Shown here: positions 17,921 through 27,158 of the stretch, piece after piece
How the letters are laid out: each line of letters begins with the position of its first letter
Position numbering within the stretch: position 1 is the first letter of the stretch
Virus record (IMG/VR): IMGVR_UViG_3300005932_000012
Span: 1 to 33,104 of that record
Origin: a virus
Lineage: Duplodnaviria; Caudoviricetes
DNA: 33,104 bases
Strand: one strand, 5' to 3'
Program-made: the position numbers and the translations under genes
The notes under the pieces: generated by a model
Told to the model about the DNA's origin: nothing
Seen by the model: the letters and a program-made list of their open reading frames with translations, nothing else
Database searches by the model: none

Positions 17921-20427
17921 GTCATTGCTACCTCCACGTCACACTCGATCGGGACATCCAGTTGCACCGCGTTTTCCATTATGAACTTCAGTGGATTTAC
18001 AATCGAATCCAAGTTAACTTTACCCACTTCAAACAAGAGCTCATCGTGTATCTGGATCAATGGCCAAAGGGTAACCCCATGGGATAACTGGTTCAGGTAA
18101 AACGGTGTCACCTTATCCATGGCAATTTTCAACACACCTTGAGCAGAAGACTGAATCGGCATGTTAGTCGCTTGACGTAGACCGGCGTTGACAATCCGAT
18201 CGTGAACACTGAACACCTCTGGTATCCAACGGCGACGACCAAACATGTCGACCACGAAACCCTTCCGTCTAGCAAACCCCCTGATCGTTTCGATCCACCT
18301 GGCCACACCAGGGTAGAGCTTGAACCACTCTTTTCGAAATGACTCACAGTCGTCTTCAGACCAGTCCAACCCCTCTTCATCCATGCTTTTCTTCAACCCG
18401 TATGCCGTAGCACCGTAGAAGATTTGAAAATTCATCGTTTTGCACGGGTACCGGTGTTTCTTCGGGTGCACGTCCTCGGCTGGAATGCCGAATACACGAC
18501 TGGCAGTGTAGGTATGAAGGTCTTCACCATTCCGATAGGCTGATAGCATGTTTTCGTCACCAGATATGTGAGCACCCACGCGCAACTCGATCTGCGAGTA
18601 ATCGATCGACAAAAAGGTGCAACCTTCCGACGGGACAAAGCCAGACCTGATCTCTTGGCCTTCATCAGTCTTCTGGGGAATGTTCTGAAGATTGGGTCGA
18701 GATGACGATAGACGGCCAGTTTCCGTTCTGGTAATGTTGAACGAAGTGTGTATCCGGTCATCCATGTCTGCCACGTCAGGCAGATTTACGTAAGTGGACA
18801 GTAGTTTACCGAATTTCCGACATTCACTTACGGATTTTGCGATCTCAGAATGCTGCCCCCACAGTTCCAGCTTATCCGAGGTGACCGATATCACCCCGTC
18901 CATGGGAACCTTTCCCTCGTTGACCATAGCTTTTACCACCTGCGGTCCAGATCCAGGGTTGACATGGTAGCCAGTACACTGGTCCAACTGCTGTGTAAAC
19001 GAAAACAGTTTACCGTTGAACTGCCTGTCCAGTGACTTGAAATGTTCCCGATCTACCTTGATTCCACGGGTTTGCATATCCGATATCATTCGAAGAGTCG
19101 CGGTGTCTACCTGTTCGATTTCCGCCAACCCTTCGGTCTCGATCTGTTCAGACAAGACATTGAACACCCTGAGTGTCACGTCAGCATCTCTGGCAGCGTA
19201 GGGTATTGCCAGTTCCTCGGGAACATCATCGATCCAAGCTAACGGCATCGATCCAATGGCTGACTCTACCATGGACCGCCCGTCTTCCGGTGCTACCAGA
19301 CCCCATCGGTGGCGTAGATCTACCTCGTCGCCTTTCTTTTCCATGTCGTTCAATATCCGCTGTGCCCGCTTATCAGGTTTGGCGGGTGTGCGAATTTTCA
19401 ACTTCCCATTGGTCGCATTGCGTACCGGATAAGCTGCTGGTTGATCCCACTCGGTAACCGCTACCTGTTGCAGGTAGGCCAACTCTTTACCTCGGCTGTA
19501 AGGCCCGACCATGTCACTGTATGACAGCATCCGTTCACCGAGTAACCGGTAGGCGAGGCTTTTCAACGCTTGTGGGTAGCGACCGAGCAGGTACGACTGG
19601 ATAATCGTGTCACGGATAGCCTTGGGTCTGACGTTATCCGCATCCAGTTTCGGCAAGTCGGCCAAGGCATGGTGAAACACCACCTCCACGTCATCGGCAT
19701 TCAGTATCTGATTCATGGCCTTGACTACCTTGGGGTTACCGCCGGAGCCAACCCGAACCACCAGACCAGTATTCGGTTCACAACTCAGCGAGTAACACCA
19801 GGTTTCCTTATCGGTCCACTCAGTATCGCAACCGATCACCGCCGCATCACCGAAACCCATGTCCCAGAGATCATTCGGACTGGTTGCCAATCGGTAGTCG
19901 CGTTCACGCTCTACCGGCATTACAGATGTCCGAGGTTTCACTTTACCCTGTAATGCCTGACTGACCACGTAGAAGTCATCCATAATGTGCATCATGTTAC
20001 TGGTAACCTTCATACCACCGGCAGGGTCATAGCATGGCACAATGATCGGCCCGTCCACGTCTAACTGAAACGGGATACCGTGTACGTCTTCCACATTGGC
20101 CTTGGGCGACTTGAGAAACCACTGGATAGCAACCCTACCTACGGCTGCGATGACCAGGGGTTCGCACACCCGTAGCTCTTCTTCCAACGTGGGTGCCCAC
20201 TCTTCGATCTCCGTTATCGTGGGTTTGCCCTTCTTGGCCGATTTCTCTTTCACCAGATTGGTAAGGTAGGCTGTGTCACGGTCAATCTTGTGGGCAACCA
20301 GGTAATTAGTCAACTCGTGGCCGGGACCGCCTGAAAATGGCCTACCGGTCGCCACGTCTTCCATGCTTGGCACATCTCCGACGATCATCAGATCCGCAGG
20401 CAGTGGACCGTAGCCGTAAACTGCCAT
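17884..20427 (-). CDS. polA: Family A DNA polymerase with N-terminal UDG family 4-like domain and 3'-5' exonuclease
   Basis: G.P..GRPFSG..G (UDG-like); ExoI DTE; ExoIII YAARDA; TETGRLSSS.PNLQNIP; motif A DYSQIELR; motif B R..K..NF..FYG; motif C IHDEL. Confidence 0.95.
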   Translation of the reverse strand: MAVYGYGPLPADLMIVGDVPSMEDVATGRPFSGGPGHELTNYLVAHKIDRDTAYLTNLVKEKSAKKGKPTITEIEEWAPTLEEELRVCEPLVIAAVGRVAIQWFLKSPKANVEDVHGIPFQLDVDGPIIVPCYDPAGGMKVTSNMMHIMDDFYVVSQALQGKVKPRTSVMPVERERDYRLATSPNDLWDMGFGDAAVIGCDTEWTDKETWCYSLSCEPNTGLVVRVGSGGNPKVVKAMNQILNADDVEVVFHHALADLPKLDADNVRPKAIRDTIIQSYLLGRYPQALKSLAYRLLGERMLSYSDMVGPYSRGKELAYLQQVAVTEWDQPAAYPVRNATNGKLKIRTPAKPDKRAQRILNDMEKKGDEVDLRHRWGLVAPEDGRSMVESAIGSMPLAWIDDVPEELAIPYAARDADVTLRVFNVLSEQIETEGLAEIEQVDTATLRMISDMQTRGIKVDREHFKSLDRQFNGKLFSFTQQLDQCTGYHVNPGSGPQVVKAMVNEGKVPMDGVISVTSDKLELWGQHSEIAKSVSECRKFGKLLSTYVNLPDVADMDDRIHTSFNITRTETGRLSSSRPNLQNIPQKTDEGQEIRSGFVPSEGCTFLSIDYSQIELRVGAHISGDENMLSAYRNGEDLHTYTASRVFGIPAEDVHPKKHRYPCKTMNFQIFYGATAYGLKKSMDEEGLDWSEDDCESFRKEWFKLYPGVARWIETIRGFARRKGFVVDMFGRRRWIPEVFSVHDRIVNAGLRQATNMPIQSSAQGVLKIAMDKVTPFYLNQLSHGVTLWPLIQIHDELLFEVGKVNLDSIVNPLKFIMENAVQLDVPIECDVEVAMTWRDLKAYSPPT

Positions 20428-20945
20428 TACGCCCCCTCTGCGTCTTCCAACGCCGTCATCTGCTCCATTGCTTTACAGAGATCGGTTACCCCGCCGCGTG
20501 ACGCTGCCAAAGACGCGAGCGGATGCCAGCCGGATACGCCGGGGTCGGTGAATTCAAACTCCATCAGTACCCCGTTGAACTTGGTCGGTGTGAGGATACC
20601 CCGCAACGACGTTAACCTGCTGGACAACAGCGTGACGCTTTGCGCTTTTTTCCCACGATACATAAGACCCTGTCTCCGTTTCTCATAACCAGCCATCAGT
20701 TGAGCCGGATGCAGGCCAAAAAACTCCGCCATCTGGCAGACCGAAATTCCCATTTTCCGTTGCTCACTCGAGGCCATCTTGTTCACCACGTCTAGCGACA
20801 TACCGGATTCCAAAGCAAACACAGCCAAGTTGCTGTTACGTTTCGGGTATTCAACAGCGTAACTGGTTATCCATAAGGCCAGCAAACCTCGGATCACCTG
20901 CACGTCTATTGCGTAGTGTCCTTTCGGTATGGTGTAACCGGACAT
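20427..20945 (-). CDS. Hypothetical protein (possible HTH-like segment)
   Basis: 172 aa, GAGG RBS, stop/start coupled to polA; FA.ESG.S...V......MAEFFG...QL weakly resembles an XRE HTH. Confidence 0.55.
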   Translation of the reverse strand: MSGYTIPKGHYAIDVQVIRGLLALWITSYAVEYPKRNSNLAVFALESGMSLDVVNKMASSEQRKMGISVCQMAEFFGLHPAQLMAGYEKRRQGLMYRGKKAQSVTLLSSRLTSLRGILTPTKFNGVLMEFEFTDPGVSGWHPLASLAASRGGVTDLCKAMEQMTALEDAEGA

Positions 20946-21247
20946 CCTCTATCCTTTGCTTCCTGGTGTTTCTGTTTCACCGCAGGCGTAATCATCATAT
21001 GGCAATCGTGACACAGTACTGTTAAATCGTAAATACGCTCTTGATACCAACCACGGTACCTATTGTGGTGTACTTCGAGATTTTCTGTTGCTGCACATAA
21101 AGCACACCGATGATTGGCCAGATCTAAAGCCACTTTCCGAATTGTCTTCCAATGGGCAGAATTCATGTATTCTGAATACTTTTCCCTTGTAGTGCGTTTA
21201 CGCACTTCTTCGCTGTCACCTTGCCGACTCCTTCTATTGCTGCCCAT
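20906..21247 (-). CDS. HNH endonuclease (true start probably near 21205 or 21166)
   Basis: Y.EYM.S.HW...R...L....RCALC....LEVHH..Y......L.VLCHDCH. Confidence 0.88.
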   Translation of the reverse strand: MGSNRRSRQGDSEEVRKRTTREKYSEYMNSAHWKTIRKVALDLANHRCALCAATENLEVHHNRYRGWYQERIYDLTVLCHDCHMMITPAVKQKHQEAKDRGCPVTPYRKDTTQ

Positions 21248-21891
21248 GTATCAACGTCTCCGTTCACCATCTCAAGCACTGAGTCAAATGTTTTGTCCAC
21301 TTCTACTGCCCGTTTAATACCGACACCAGGCAACTCTACCGCCATCCGAAAGACCAGACTCGGGTTTGCCAGTGCTACTGGTATATGCTTCGCGAGATGT
21401 GATTTATGCTCGTCATACCGTTTACTCACCCACCAACCGTGCAAGTTGATGACGGCCCTTACGGTCTCATTCGGGCTACCGGTCTGTATTACTGAGGTGC
21501 CGAAGAATTCCCGAATCGTCTGCAGATAACCGAGTAGCTCTGAGTAGAGAAATTCCCGGTTTCCGAGACTGATATTATGCCAACCACCCCGGTAGTAATG
21601 CTGAATGAACCCGGAGTCTGAGCACTTCCACACACCCTCGATCACCAGGTAGACCCGGTGACACATTCTGGTAGCCACTTTCAACTGGTGCCCCTGTAAC
21701 CGGTTACTCGCCATGGATGATAGCATATCCGTAATCCGTTTACGCTCAATGCCAATCCGGTATGGCATACCTTGGGGTCCATTTCCAACGAAAGACATGT
21801 CACCATAATCAAATCGCCGTAACCTTGCTGTCCCGTTTGGAAACAGGGGGAACAATTCCTTGCTCCCAATCCTGTCATCCACGTCTATCAA
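21163..21891 (-). CDS. ERCC4/XPF-Mus81-like structure-specific nuclease with C-terminal HhH pair
   Basis: VDDR, GD, IERK..TD (ERKxxxD), LVIEG; LPGVG.K.A and IEGVG..TA helix-hairpin-helix motifs. Confidence 0.88.
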   Translation of the reverse strand: MIDVDDRIGSKELFPLFPNGTARLRRFDYGDMSFVGNGPQGMPYRIGIERKRITDMLSSMASNRLQGHQLKVATRMCHRVYLVIEGVWKCSDSGFIQHYYRGGWHNISLGNREFLYSELLGYLQTIREFFGTSVIQTGSPNETVRAVINLHGWWVSKRYDEHKSHLAKHIPVALANPSLVFRMAVELPGVGIKRAVEVDKTFDSVLEMVNGDVDTWAAIEGVGKVTAKKCVNALQGKSIQNT

Positions 21892-22097
21892 GTTTCCCTC
21901 AGCTTCTCTACTGCTGCCATGATGGCCTCTTGGATAACCCTGATGGTATCCTGACCATTCTTGACCGCACCCTTCACCTCGGGATACTCGTAATCTTTAT
22001 TCTTGCAGGTGGCTGAGAACTTTCGCGGCTTCCCATCGGAATTCTGATCCAGTGAAATGACCCACTGATTACTGTAGATCGTCTGCCGGTAGATCAT
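21888..22097 (-). CDS. Hypothetical protein
   Basis: 69-aa ORF tightly packed between its neighbours (ATGA overlap). Confidence 0.6.
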   Translation of the reverse strand: MIYRQTIYSNQWVISLDQNSDGKPRKFSATCKNKDYEYPEVKGAVKNGQDTIRVIQEAIMAAVEKLRET

Positions 22098-22098
22098 T

Positions 22099-22890
22099 TC
22101 AAAATCCCCATTCTTTCAGGTTTGCCTTTGGGTACGTCGCCATGACCAGGGACAGAAAGTTCGACATCATACCCTCGAATTCCATCTCATAGGTCTTATG
22201 GTTGACTCCGGATGACAAGACTGTGGTGATGAACTCACCCGAATCACCCATGGCCCCAGGTCGATACATGTGCTTCAGATTGACCTGTACCTCACTGGGT
22301 AGATCGCGGTAGCCGGACCGTTCATAGTTACCGAACCAACTGCTTTTCTCTTGGGCAACGCCCATTTTGAACTCGCGCTTCACCCGGTGAATGAAGATCG
22401 CATTGACTTTGTCGTTTCTCGGGTCCGACAATGCTCGGGTGATGACGTTCATGTCGGCGTATACCGCACCGTATGCCTGTGGCATACCACCTTGGGCAAC
22501 ACCGCGCCGAGCACGCGACAGGTTATACAGTTCAGTAGCCGTGTCGAATACAATGGTGCGGAAAGCCGGGGTGTGGTTCTTTTGCCATTTCCCGCTGATC
22601 GGATCTTTGCCGATCGTCGACAATACCTCATCGTGTAATTCATCCCAGATAGCGGACGACCCGGCTTTATCACCAGCATCGTATTCGAAATGCAAATGCT
22701 CTACTTTCTTGCCGGTTTCCACCGTATCGGATAAGGGACCGATGTAACTCGAATCGCTCTCTATATACAAAATGGGTCCAGGTGCCGAAAGGGCAAACTT
22801 AGACTTGCCAGACTTCTCTCTGCCCTCAGTGCAAACGGTCAACCTGCTAGGTCTCATCACTACCGCATTCATTTTCGTGATACCGGCCAT
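22099..22890 (-). CDS. P-loop ATPase (AAA_24 / Sak4-like recombination ATPase)
   Basis: Walker A GREKSGKS..A..AP.P, Walker B TIVFDT, IFIH motif; GGAGG RBS. Confidence 0.8.
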   Translation of the reverse strand: MAGITKMNAVVMRPSRLTVCTEGREKSGKSKFALSAPGPILYIESDSSYIGPLSDTVETGKKVEHLHFEYDAGDKAGSSAIWDELHDEVLSTIGKDPISGKWQKNHTPAFRTIVFDTATELYNLSRARRGVAQGGMPQAYGAVYADMNVITRALSDPRNDKVNAIFIHRVKREFKMGVAQEKSSWFGNYERSGYRDLPSEVQVNLKHMYRPGAMGDSGEFITTVLSSGVNHKTYEMEFEGMMSNFLSLVMATYPKANLKEWGF

Positions 22891-23211
22891 CTATACCTTA
22901 CCTCCTGCTTTTGCATTGTGCATCGTGTAGTCCTGATGACACCACAAGAAATCCAAAAGCATTGGGTTACCGTCTACCCACCGGTATATCACCAACGCAT
23001 TACCCCAGTCCTCTTTACCAGATAGGTAAGCTGTGTCTACACCCGGTACCACTTCAACCACATAGCTTATATGTGGCACTTCTATTGCAGCTGAACGAGT
23101 TAATCCGTCGGTGTTCAATTGCATTAGCATCTCGTACACTTTGGCGGTCTCTGCTGGTGTCAGCGTCTTGGTGTTTTCGTGAATAGCCGCCAACTCTGCC
23201 AAGTAATTCAT
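22891..23211 (-). CDS. Hypothetical protein
   Basis: 106-aa ORF coupled to both neighbours. Confidence 0.6.
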   Translation of the reverse strand: MNYLAELAAIHENTKTLTPAETAKVYEMLMQLNTDGLTRSAAIEVPHISYVVEVVPGVDTAYLSGKEDWGNALVIYRWVDGNPMLLDFLWCHQDYTMHNAKAGGKV

Positions 23212-23564
23212 TACATTTTCCCTCTCGCGTGTAATCGGTTACACATATCAGTCACCGCCCCCTTGGTCCAGTCTCCGGTGAACACAAGCACTATGTGTTT
23301 GCTCTCGTCTTTCCATGTCCAAGCTTGCGCTACCCAACCCGTCTCTGTGCATTTTACCACTTCATCAGCTTGCGTATCTGTGTACCATACTGCTTCTTTG
23401 TCTGCACATTTTACCACTTCACAAGCTTGGGCATTTGTATGCCATACTGCTTCTCTGTCTGTTTTGTTCATTGAAAATGCCATATAGCCAATGGTCACTT
23501 TCATATCGCCATTCAACTGATGCAGTCGGCGATTCTCACCTTCCACCGGTATCTCTGTCATCAT
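23211..23564 (-). CDS. Hypothetical protein with a 19-aa internal tandem duplication
   Basis: D(R/K)EAVW(H/Y)T..QA.EVVKC twice; start probably ATG 23564, overlapping the previous stop. Confidence 0.6.
   Translation of the reverse strand: MMTEIPVEGENRRLHQLNGDMKVTIGYMAFSMNKTDREAVWHTNAQACEVVKCADKEAVWYTDTQADEVVKCTETGWVAQAWTWKDESKHIVLVFTGDWTKGAVTDMCNRLHARGKM
23344..23457. repeat. Two-copy 57-bp imperfect tandem repeat within a CDS
   Basis: 23344-23400 versus 23401-23457 share cattttaccacttca and ccatactgcttct; about 10 mismatches. Confidence 0.85.
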
Positions 23565-24178
23565 AGCCAACCTCTTGCCTTCCCTTCTCCAAGCAGCATA
23601 TTCCACAGCATTTCCAACTCCGCATCTTCGAACGTGAGTCGCCGCACCCGATATGGCACGGGCGGATCTTCTGGCGGTACATCATTCCACCGCCACGGCG
23701 CGCCCTCTTTCAGATAGAGTATTCGCATCACGGTCGACTGGACATCGTAACCGATCTTCCGCAGCATGTAGGTGTATGCCTTCACCTGCGCCATGTAAAG
23801 CCAACTCAACTCCGGGTCTTTCTTCGGCGAACCCCAGGTTGACTTGTACTCCTCTAGCACCCAGGCACCATCTTCATACTTCAACCCGTCGGGCGATGCC
23901 AAGATACCCATATACTCGATCTCTGCCGGTCGTGCCGCCATACGTCTACCAAACGCATACTCCAAAGCCTCTTCCCAGAGAAACCCAGTGGTAAACCGGG
24001 CCCGAAGTTCCAGGGGCAGCTCAGGTCGAGCCACCCCCGGTTCCTTCACAATGTCGCCGGGCAGAAGTTTGAACCGGATCGCGTATGCACGTATCAAGTC
24101 GGACACATGCAAACCTTCACCTCGAGGAGGCCCTGAATCTTGCCAGGGAAAATCCTCATGTAGTTCTTCAGCCGTCAT
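23561..24178 (-). CDS. PD-(D/E)XK nuclease (Cas4/RecB-like exonuclease)
   Basis: HVSD, G..WEE, ASPDG...EEYKST, Q.KAY motifs. Confidence 0.85.
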   Translation of the reverse strand: MTAEELHEDFPWQDSGPPRGEGLHVSDLIRAYAIRFKLLPGDIVKEPGVARPELPLELRARFTTGFLWEEALEYAFGRRMAARPAEIEYMGILASPDGLKYEDGAWVLEEYKSTWGSPKKDPELSWLYMAQVKAYTYMLRKIGYDVQSTVMRILYLKEGAPWRWNDVPPEDPPVPYRVRRLTFEDAELEMLWNMLLGEGKARGWL

Positions 24179-24181
24179 TGC

Positions 24182-25027
24182 CTACTCCGAGAAATAGATG
24201 CCGTCTTCAACGACCCACCACTTACTGTCGACACCCTTCTGCAGAAACTCTGCAGTGGTCGCCATCTCCATCGCTGCCATCGTTACGTTCGGCGGCAAAC
24301 CCTCACTCACACCCTTCGCCTGAACCATACCACTCAACGCACTGCCTACCACACCTTCTTCACCGGCTGCCTTCAACGCTTCAGTGATCGCACCCTCGGC
24401 AAGGTTCTCTACCGCACTGGCATCGATCTCTACCGGTGCAGCTTTCTTTGTTCGCCTACGCTTCGGCTTCTCAGCCTTGGCAGGTGTCGCCGGTTCACTC
24501 GCGTCACCGGGCATGTTGATGATCTTATCACACAAGGTATCCTTGGATTTCACGGATTCACCCTTGGCGTTGGTCCACGAGTCACCAGTTGCCTTCTGGA
24601 TGATGTGGAATTCCAACCCCACCAGTTCAGTACAGTCCACACAGATACCAGACGTAGCACCGTAACCAGCATCAACGAAAGACTTGATCAGTTTACCCAC
24701 ATTGGATGTGCGGGAAATTGCCTCTTGGGAACCGACCGCAGCCAACCCGGTCCCACGCTGGTCCACAGCCTCAAAAACCTGCTGACCGTCTGTCGGTTTC
24801 CAGAAATCCGGATTACCAGCAGAAAACCACTGATTCGACGGGTCTACGTCCTGGTTTTCCACCGGGACAAGAGACAAGAACATGTGTGGCGCGGCTGGCT
24901 TACTTTTGTCGAAGCCTTCCCTGAGTGCAAACCATGCGTCGACCACTTTTACGTCAACGTCGTCAAAAACCTGAACTCCACCTTCGGGCATGTCTTCGTA
25001 GTTCGAATTGGCAAACTTGATACCCAT
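24182..25027 (-). CDS. Hypothetical replication protein, possibly single-stranded DNA-binding
   Basis: Start reassigned to ATG 25027 (MGIKF; AAGGA RBS); position beside nuclease and ATPase genes; flexible Pro/Ala/Lys linker. Function inferred from context only. Confidence 0.5.
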   Translation of the reverse strand: MGIKFANSNYEDMPEGGVQVFDDVDVKVVDAWFALREGFDKSKPAAPHMFLSLVPVENQDVDPSNQWFSAGNPDFWKPTDGQQVFEAVDQRGTGLAAVGSQEAISRTSNVGKLIKSFVDAGYGATSGICVDCTELVGLEFHIIQKATGDSWTNAKGESVKSKDTLCDKIINMPGDASEPATPAKAEKPKRRRTKKAAPVEIDASAVENLAEGAITEALKAAGEEGVVGSALSGMVQAKGVSEGLPPNVTMAAMEMATTAEFLQKGVDSKWWVVEDGIYFSE

Positions 25028-25047
25028 TTTCGTTTCCTTTTTGAAAC

Positions 25048-25575
25048 TTCGGTCTCCTCGGTCTCCCCGGTATCCACGCCCTGTGGATGGGGATTTGTGG
25101 AATTTCAACCTAACTGGTCGATTTTCCCGGTCTCGTCAGACTCGGTAGGGCTTGGTCAGGTGCGTTGATCAAATAGCGTGTAAATTCACAACACGTAACA
25201 TACACTTTCGGAACGGTAACGACCACTTTCGCAACGGTTTCACCCCCCTTAACGTCACTTTTCACAACGTTTGCGACCGAACACTACTTTTTGCTTTTCG
25301 TTGTAACTGCCTGACCTCACAGCAGTTTGTGAAGAAAGTGCGACCGAGGAGACCGAAACTGGGGTCAAATAAAAACCCTAGGGGAAAACCTACCCACACT
25401 TTCTGGATTGTCGGTCTCCTCAGTCTCATCGGTATCAACTCCCTTTTGGTGGTAGACGGTTAGTAAAGTATCACTTTTCTCTTCGGTCTCCTCGGTCTCC
25501 TCGGTCTCCTTTTTATATATATATACTACTTATTTTACTATAAATATACTATAAATATATACTTATATACTATAG
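25048..25575. other. Putative replication origin: TCGGTCTCC iterons plus AT-rich unwinding element
   Basis: TCGGTCTCC-like 9-mers at 25049-25075, 25341-25357 (inverted), 25411-25437 and 25483-25509 (three perfect copies), followed by a strongly AT-rich tract at 25510-25574; directly downstream of the helicase gene. Confidence 0.7.
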
Positions 25576-25590
25576 ACCCCCTGTATACCC

Positions 25591-26976
25591 TTACCCTTCC
25601 ATACTTGAATCTGCAAACTCTACTGGCAAGATTCCTCTCAGCCCCTTATCCCTTCCAACGTTGCATCTGGTAACGGAGGGATTTGCAATAAGTCTTTTGA
25701 TCATGTCACGCTTCGGGATCGGGATTTCCGTTTCCCGCTTACAGTAAGCCAGGTACCGATTGTACAAATCGGCGATCTTTACCTTGGCGTTCGGGGCGAA
25801 CTTGACCCGTGTGGCCAGAAAGTCACTCAGCGGGTCCATGTCGTGCCGGTAACTGTCAACTGCTGTTTGGATACTCAAAGGGGTATGCAAGCCGTCCTGA
25901 TACCATCTCTGTGCCCCGGCTACCATCTGTGAGAAGATTGCATCCCGGTCTTCCATCAGTTTACGCCCCAACTCTGGATCACGTGCCTTACCGGAGAAGA
26001 TTCGGTTAAACGGGATCAGTCGGATGCGTCGCCAGATGGCGTGGTCGATGCCACGGACAATCGGTCGGTGATTACTGGAAAACCATATCTTGCAGATGGG
26101 TCGGAATTCGAACTGGGGCTTATACATTTCCCGTGCGGTAATGAAGTCTTCACCCGTAATACGTTTCACGGTTTCTTCATTCCACTCGCGGCCTTCTTTA
26201 TTTTCCGTAGCTGACAGCAGGCGAGCACCCCGGAGACGTGACAGGTCGTACTTCTGCTCTGATGTGGCACCGGTAGACAGTAAGACGGTGGGACCGGCGG
26301 TAACTGCATAGCCGTCATTAGAATTACGCCCCGAGAGTATGGATTTGAGCGTGTGAATGAAGACAGATTTACCATTTTGCCCGGCCCCGTAGAGAAAAAA
26401 CAGACACTGTTCCGATGTCCTGGCAGACATGCTGTAGCCGATGGCTTGTTCGACAAACTCGATCAGTTCGGTGTCGTCGTCAAAAACTTGCCGGAGAAAC
26501 GTAGACCAGATGTCCGATACCTGCCCAGCCTTAAACTCTACGTCAAGGCATTTGGTATGCAGGTTTGCCGGAAGGTGCGGTGCGAGTTTACCGGTCTCCA
26601 GGTTGACGGACCCGTTACGGCAGTTGACATGGTCCAACTGGCTATCCAGGTCAGCCAACGGTATGCCTACGTTGCCTTGTGACTGTGCCAACCGTATCAT
26701 CGCGTCGATCTTGCCGGTATTCAGTGAGGCTTTCTGCCACTTCATCAAACCCTCTTCCAACTCATCGGAAACCTTCTCATCGATGATGGCGAGGGAGGTT
26801 TCGATCGCATGCTGAGTCATCATGGGCCCAGGACGATCATTGGATCCGCCGATGTCTTCGACCCAGTGTAGACCGTCCCAGCAGTACCAGGTGCGTTGAT
26901 CTCTGCAAAAGCGGATCTTGTCGCCAAATCGGTCGATCAGACGTTCCGCGTTTCCCACTTCAGTCCACGATGGCAT
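25591..26976 (-). CDS. P4/D5-family SF3 helicase (D5_N plus ATPase; no primase domain seen)
   Basis: TE.GNAERL...W..WDG..W, N..NG..L.TG.L.PH, Walker A YGAGQNGKS, K.ITG.D.ITAR..Y, SSNH.P, D.AIWRRI. Confidence 0.93.
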   Translation of the reverse strand: MPSWTEVGNAERLIDRFGDKIRFCRDQRTWYCWDGLHWVEDIGGSNDRPGPMMTQHAIETSLAIIDEKVSDELEEGLMKWQKASLNTGKIDAMIRLAQSQGNVGIPLADLDSQLDHVNCRNGSVNLETGKLAPHLPANLHTKCLDVEFKAGQVSDIWSTFLRQVFDDDTELIEFVEQAIGYSMSARTSEQCLFFLYGAGQNGKSVFIHTLKSILSGRNSNDGYAVTAGPTVLLSTGATSEQKYDLSRLRGARLLSATENKEGREWNEETVKRITGEDFITAREMYKPQFEFRPICKIWFSSNHRPIVRGIDHAIWRRIRLIPFNRIFSGKARDPELGRKLMEDRDAIFSQMVAGAQRWYQDGLHTPLSIQTAVDSYRHDMDPLSDFLATRVKFAPNAKVKIADLYNRYLAYCKRETEIPIPKRDMIKRLIANPSVTRCNVGRDKGLRGILPVEFADSSMEG

Positions 26977-27154
26977 AGGTGACCTTACTGCGAATCAGCT
27001 TATCGAGGTTGCCACGTTTCAGTTTCAACTGGACTGACCCGTTGTTTTCACTGACAAGGGAGTGGTCAGCCTCGGTAAACCGACGACCGAAAAGTTCTAC
27101 GGCATCCGTGGTTTTCATAATGACCATGGTCCGACGACTACTGGTAACTGACAT
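26960..27154 (-). CDS. Small hypothetical protein
   Basis: 3' part of ORF 26960..27403; ATG 27154 lies 4 nt after the previous stop, with a GGGG RBS. Confidence 0.45.
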   Translation of the reverse strand: MSVTSSRRTMVIMKTTDAVELFGRRFTEADHSLVSENNGSVQLKLKRGNLDKLIRSKVTYAIVD

Positions 27155-27158
27155 GCCC

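Noticed and set aside
23344-23457. DGR template/variable repeat pair
   Set aside because: The copies are adjacent and in frame, the mismatches are not adenine-specific, and no reverse transcriptase is present.
25028-25463. N-terminal extension of ORF 24182..25108 and plus-strand ORF 25152..25463
   Set aside because: The RGDRGDR and RPRRPK sequences are translations of the 9-bp origin repeats, and a better RBS lies before ATG 25027.
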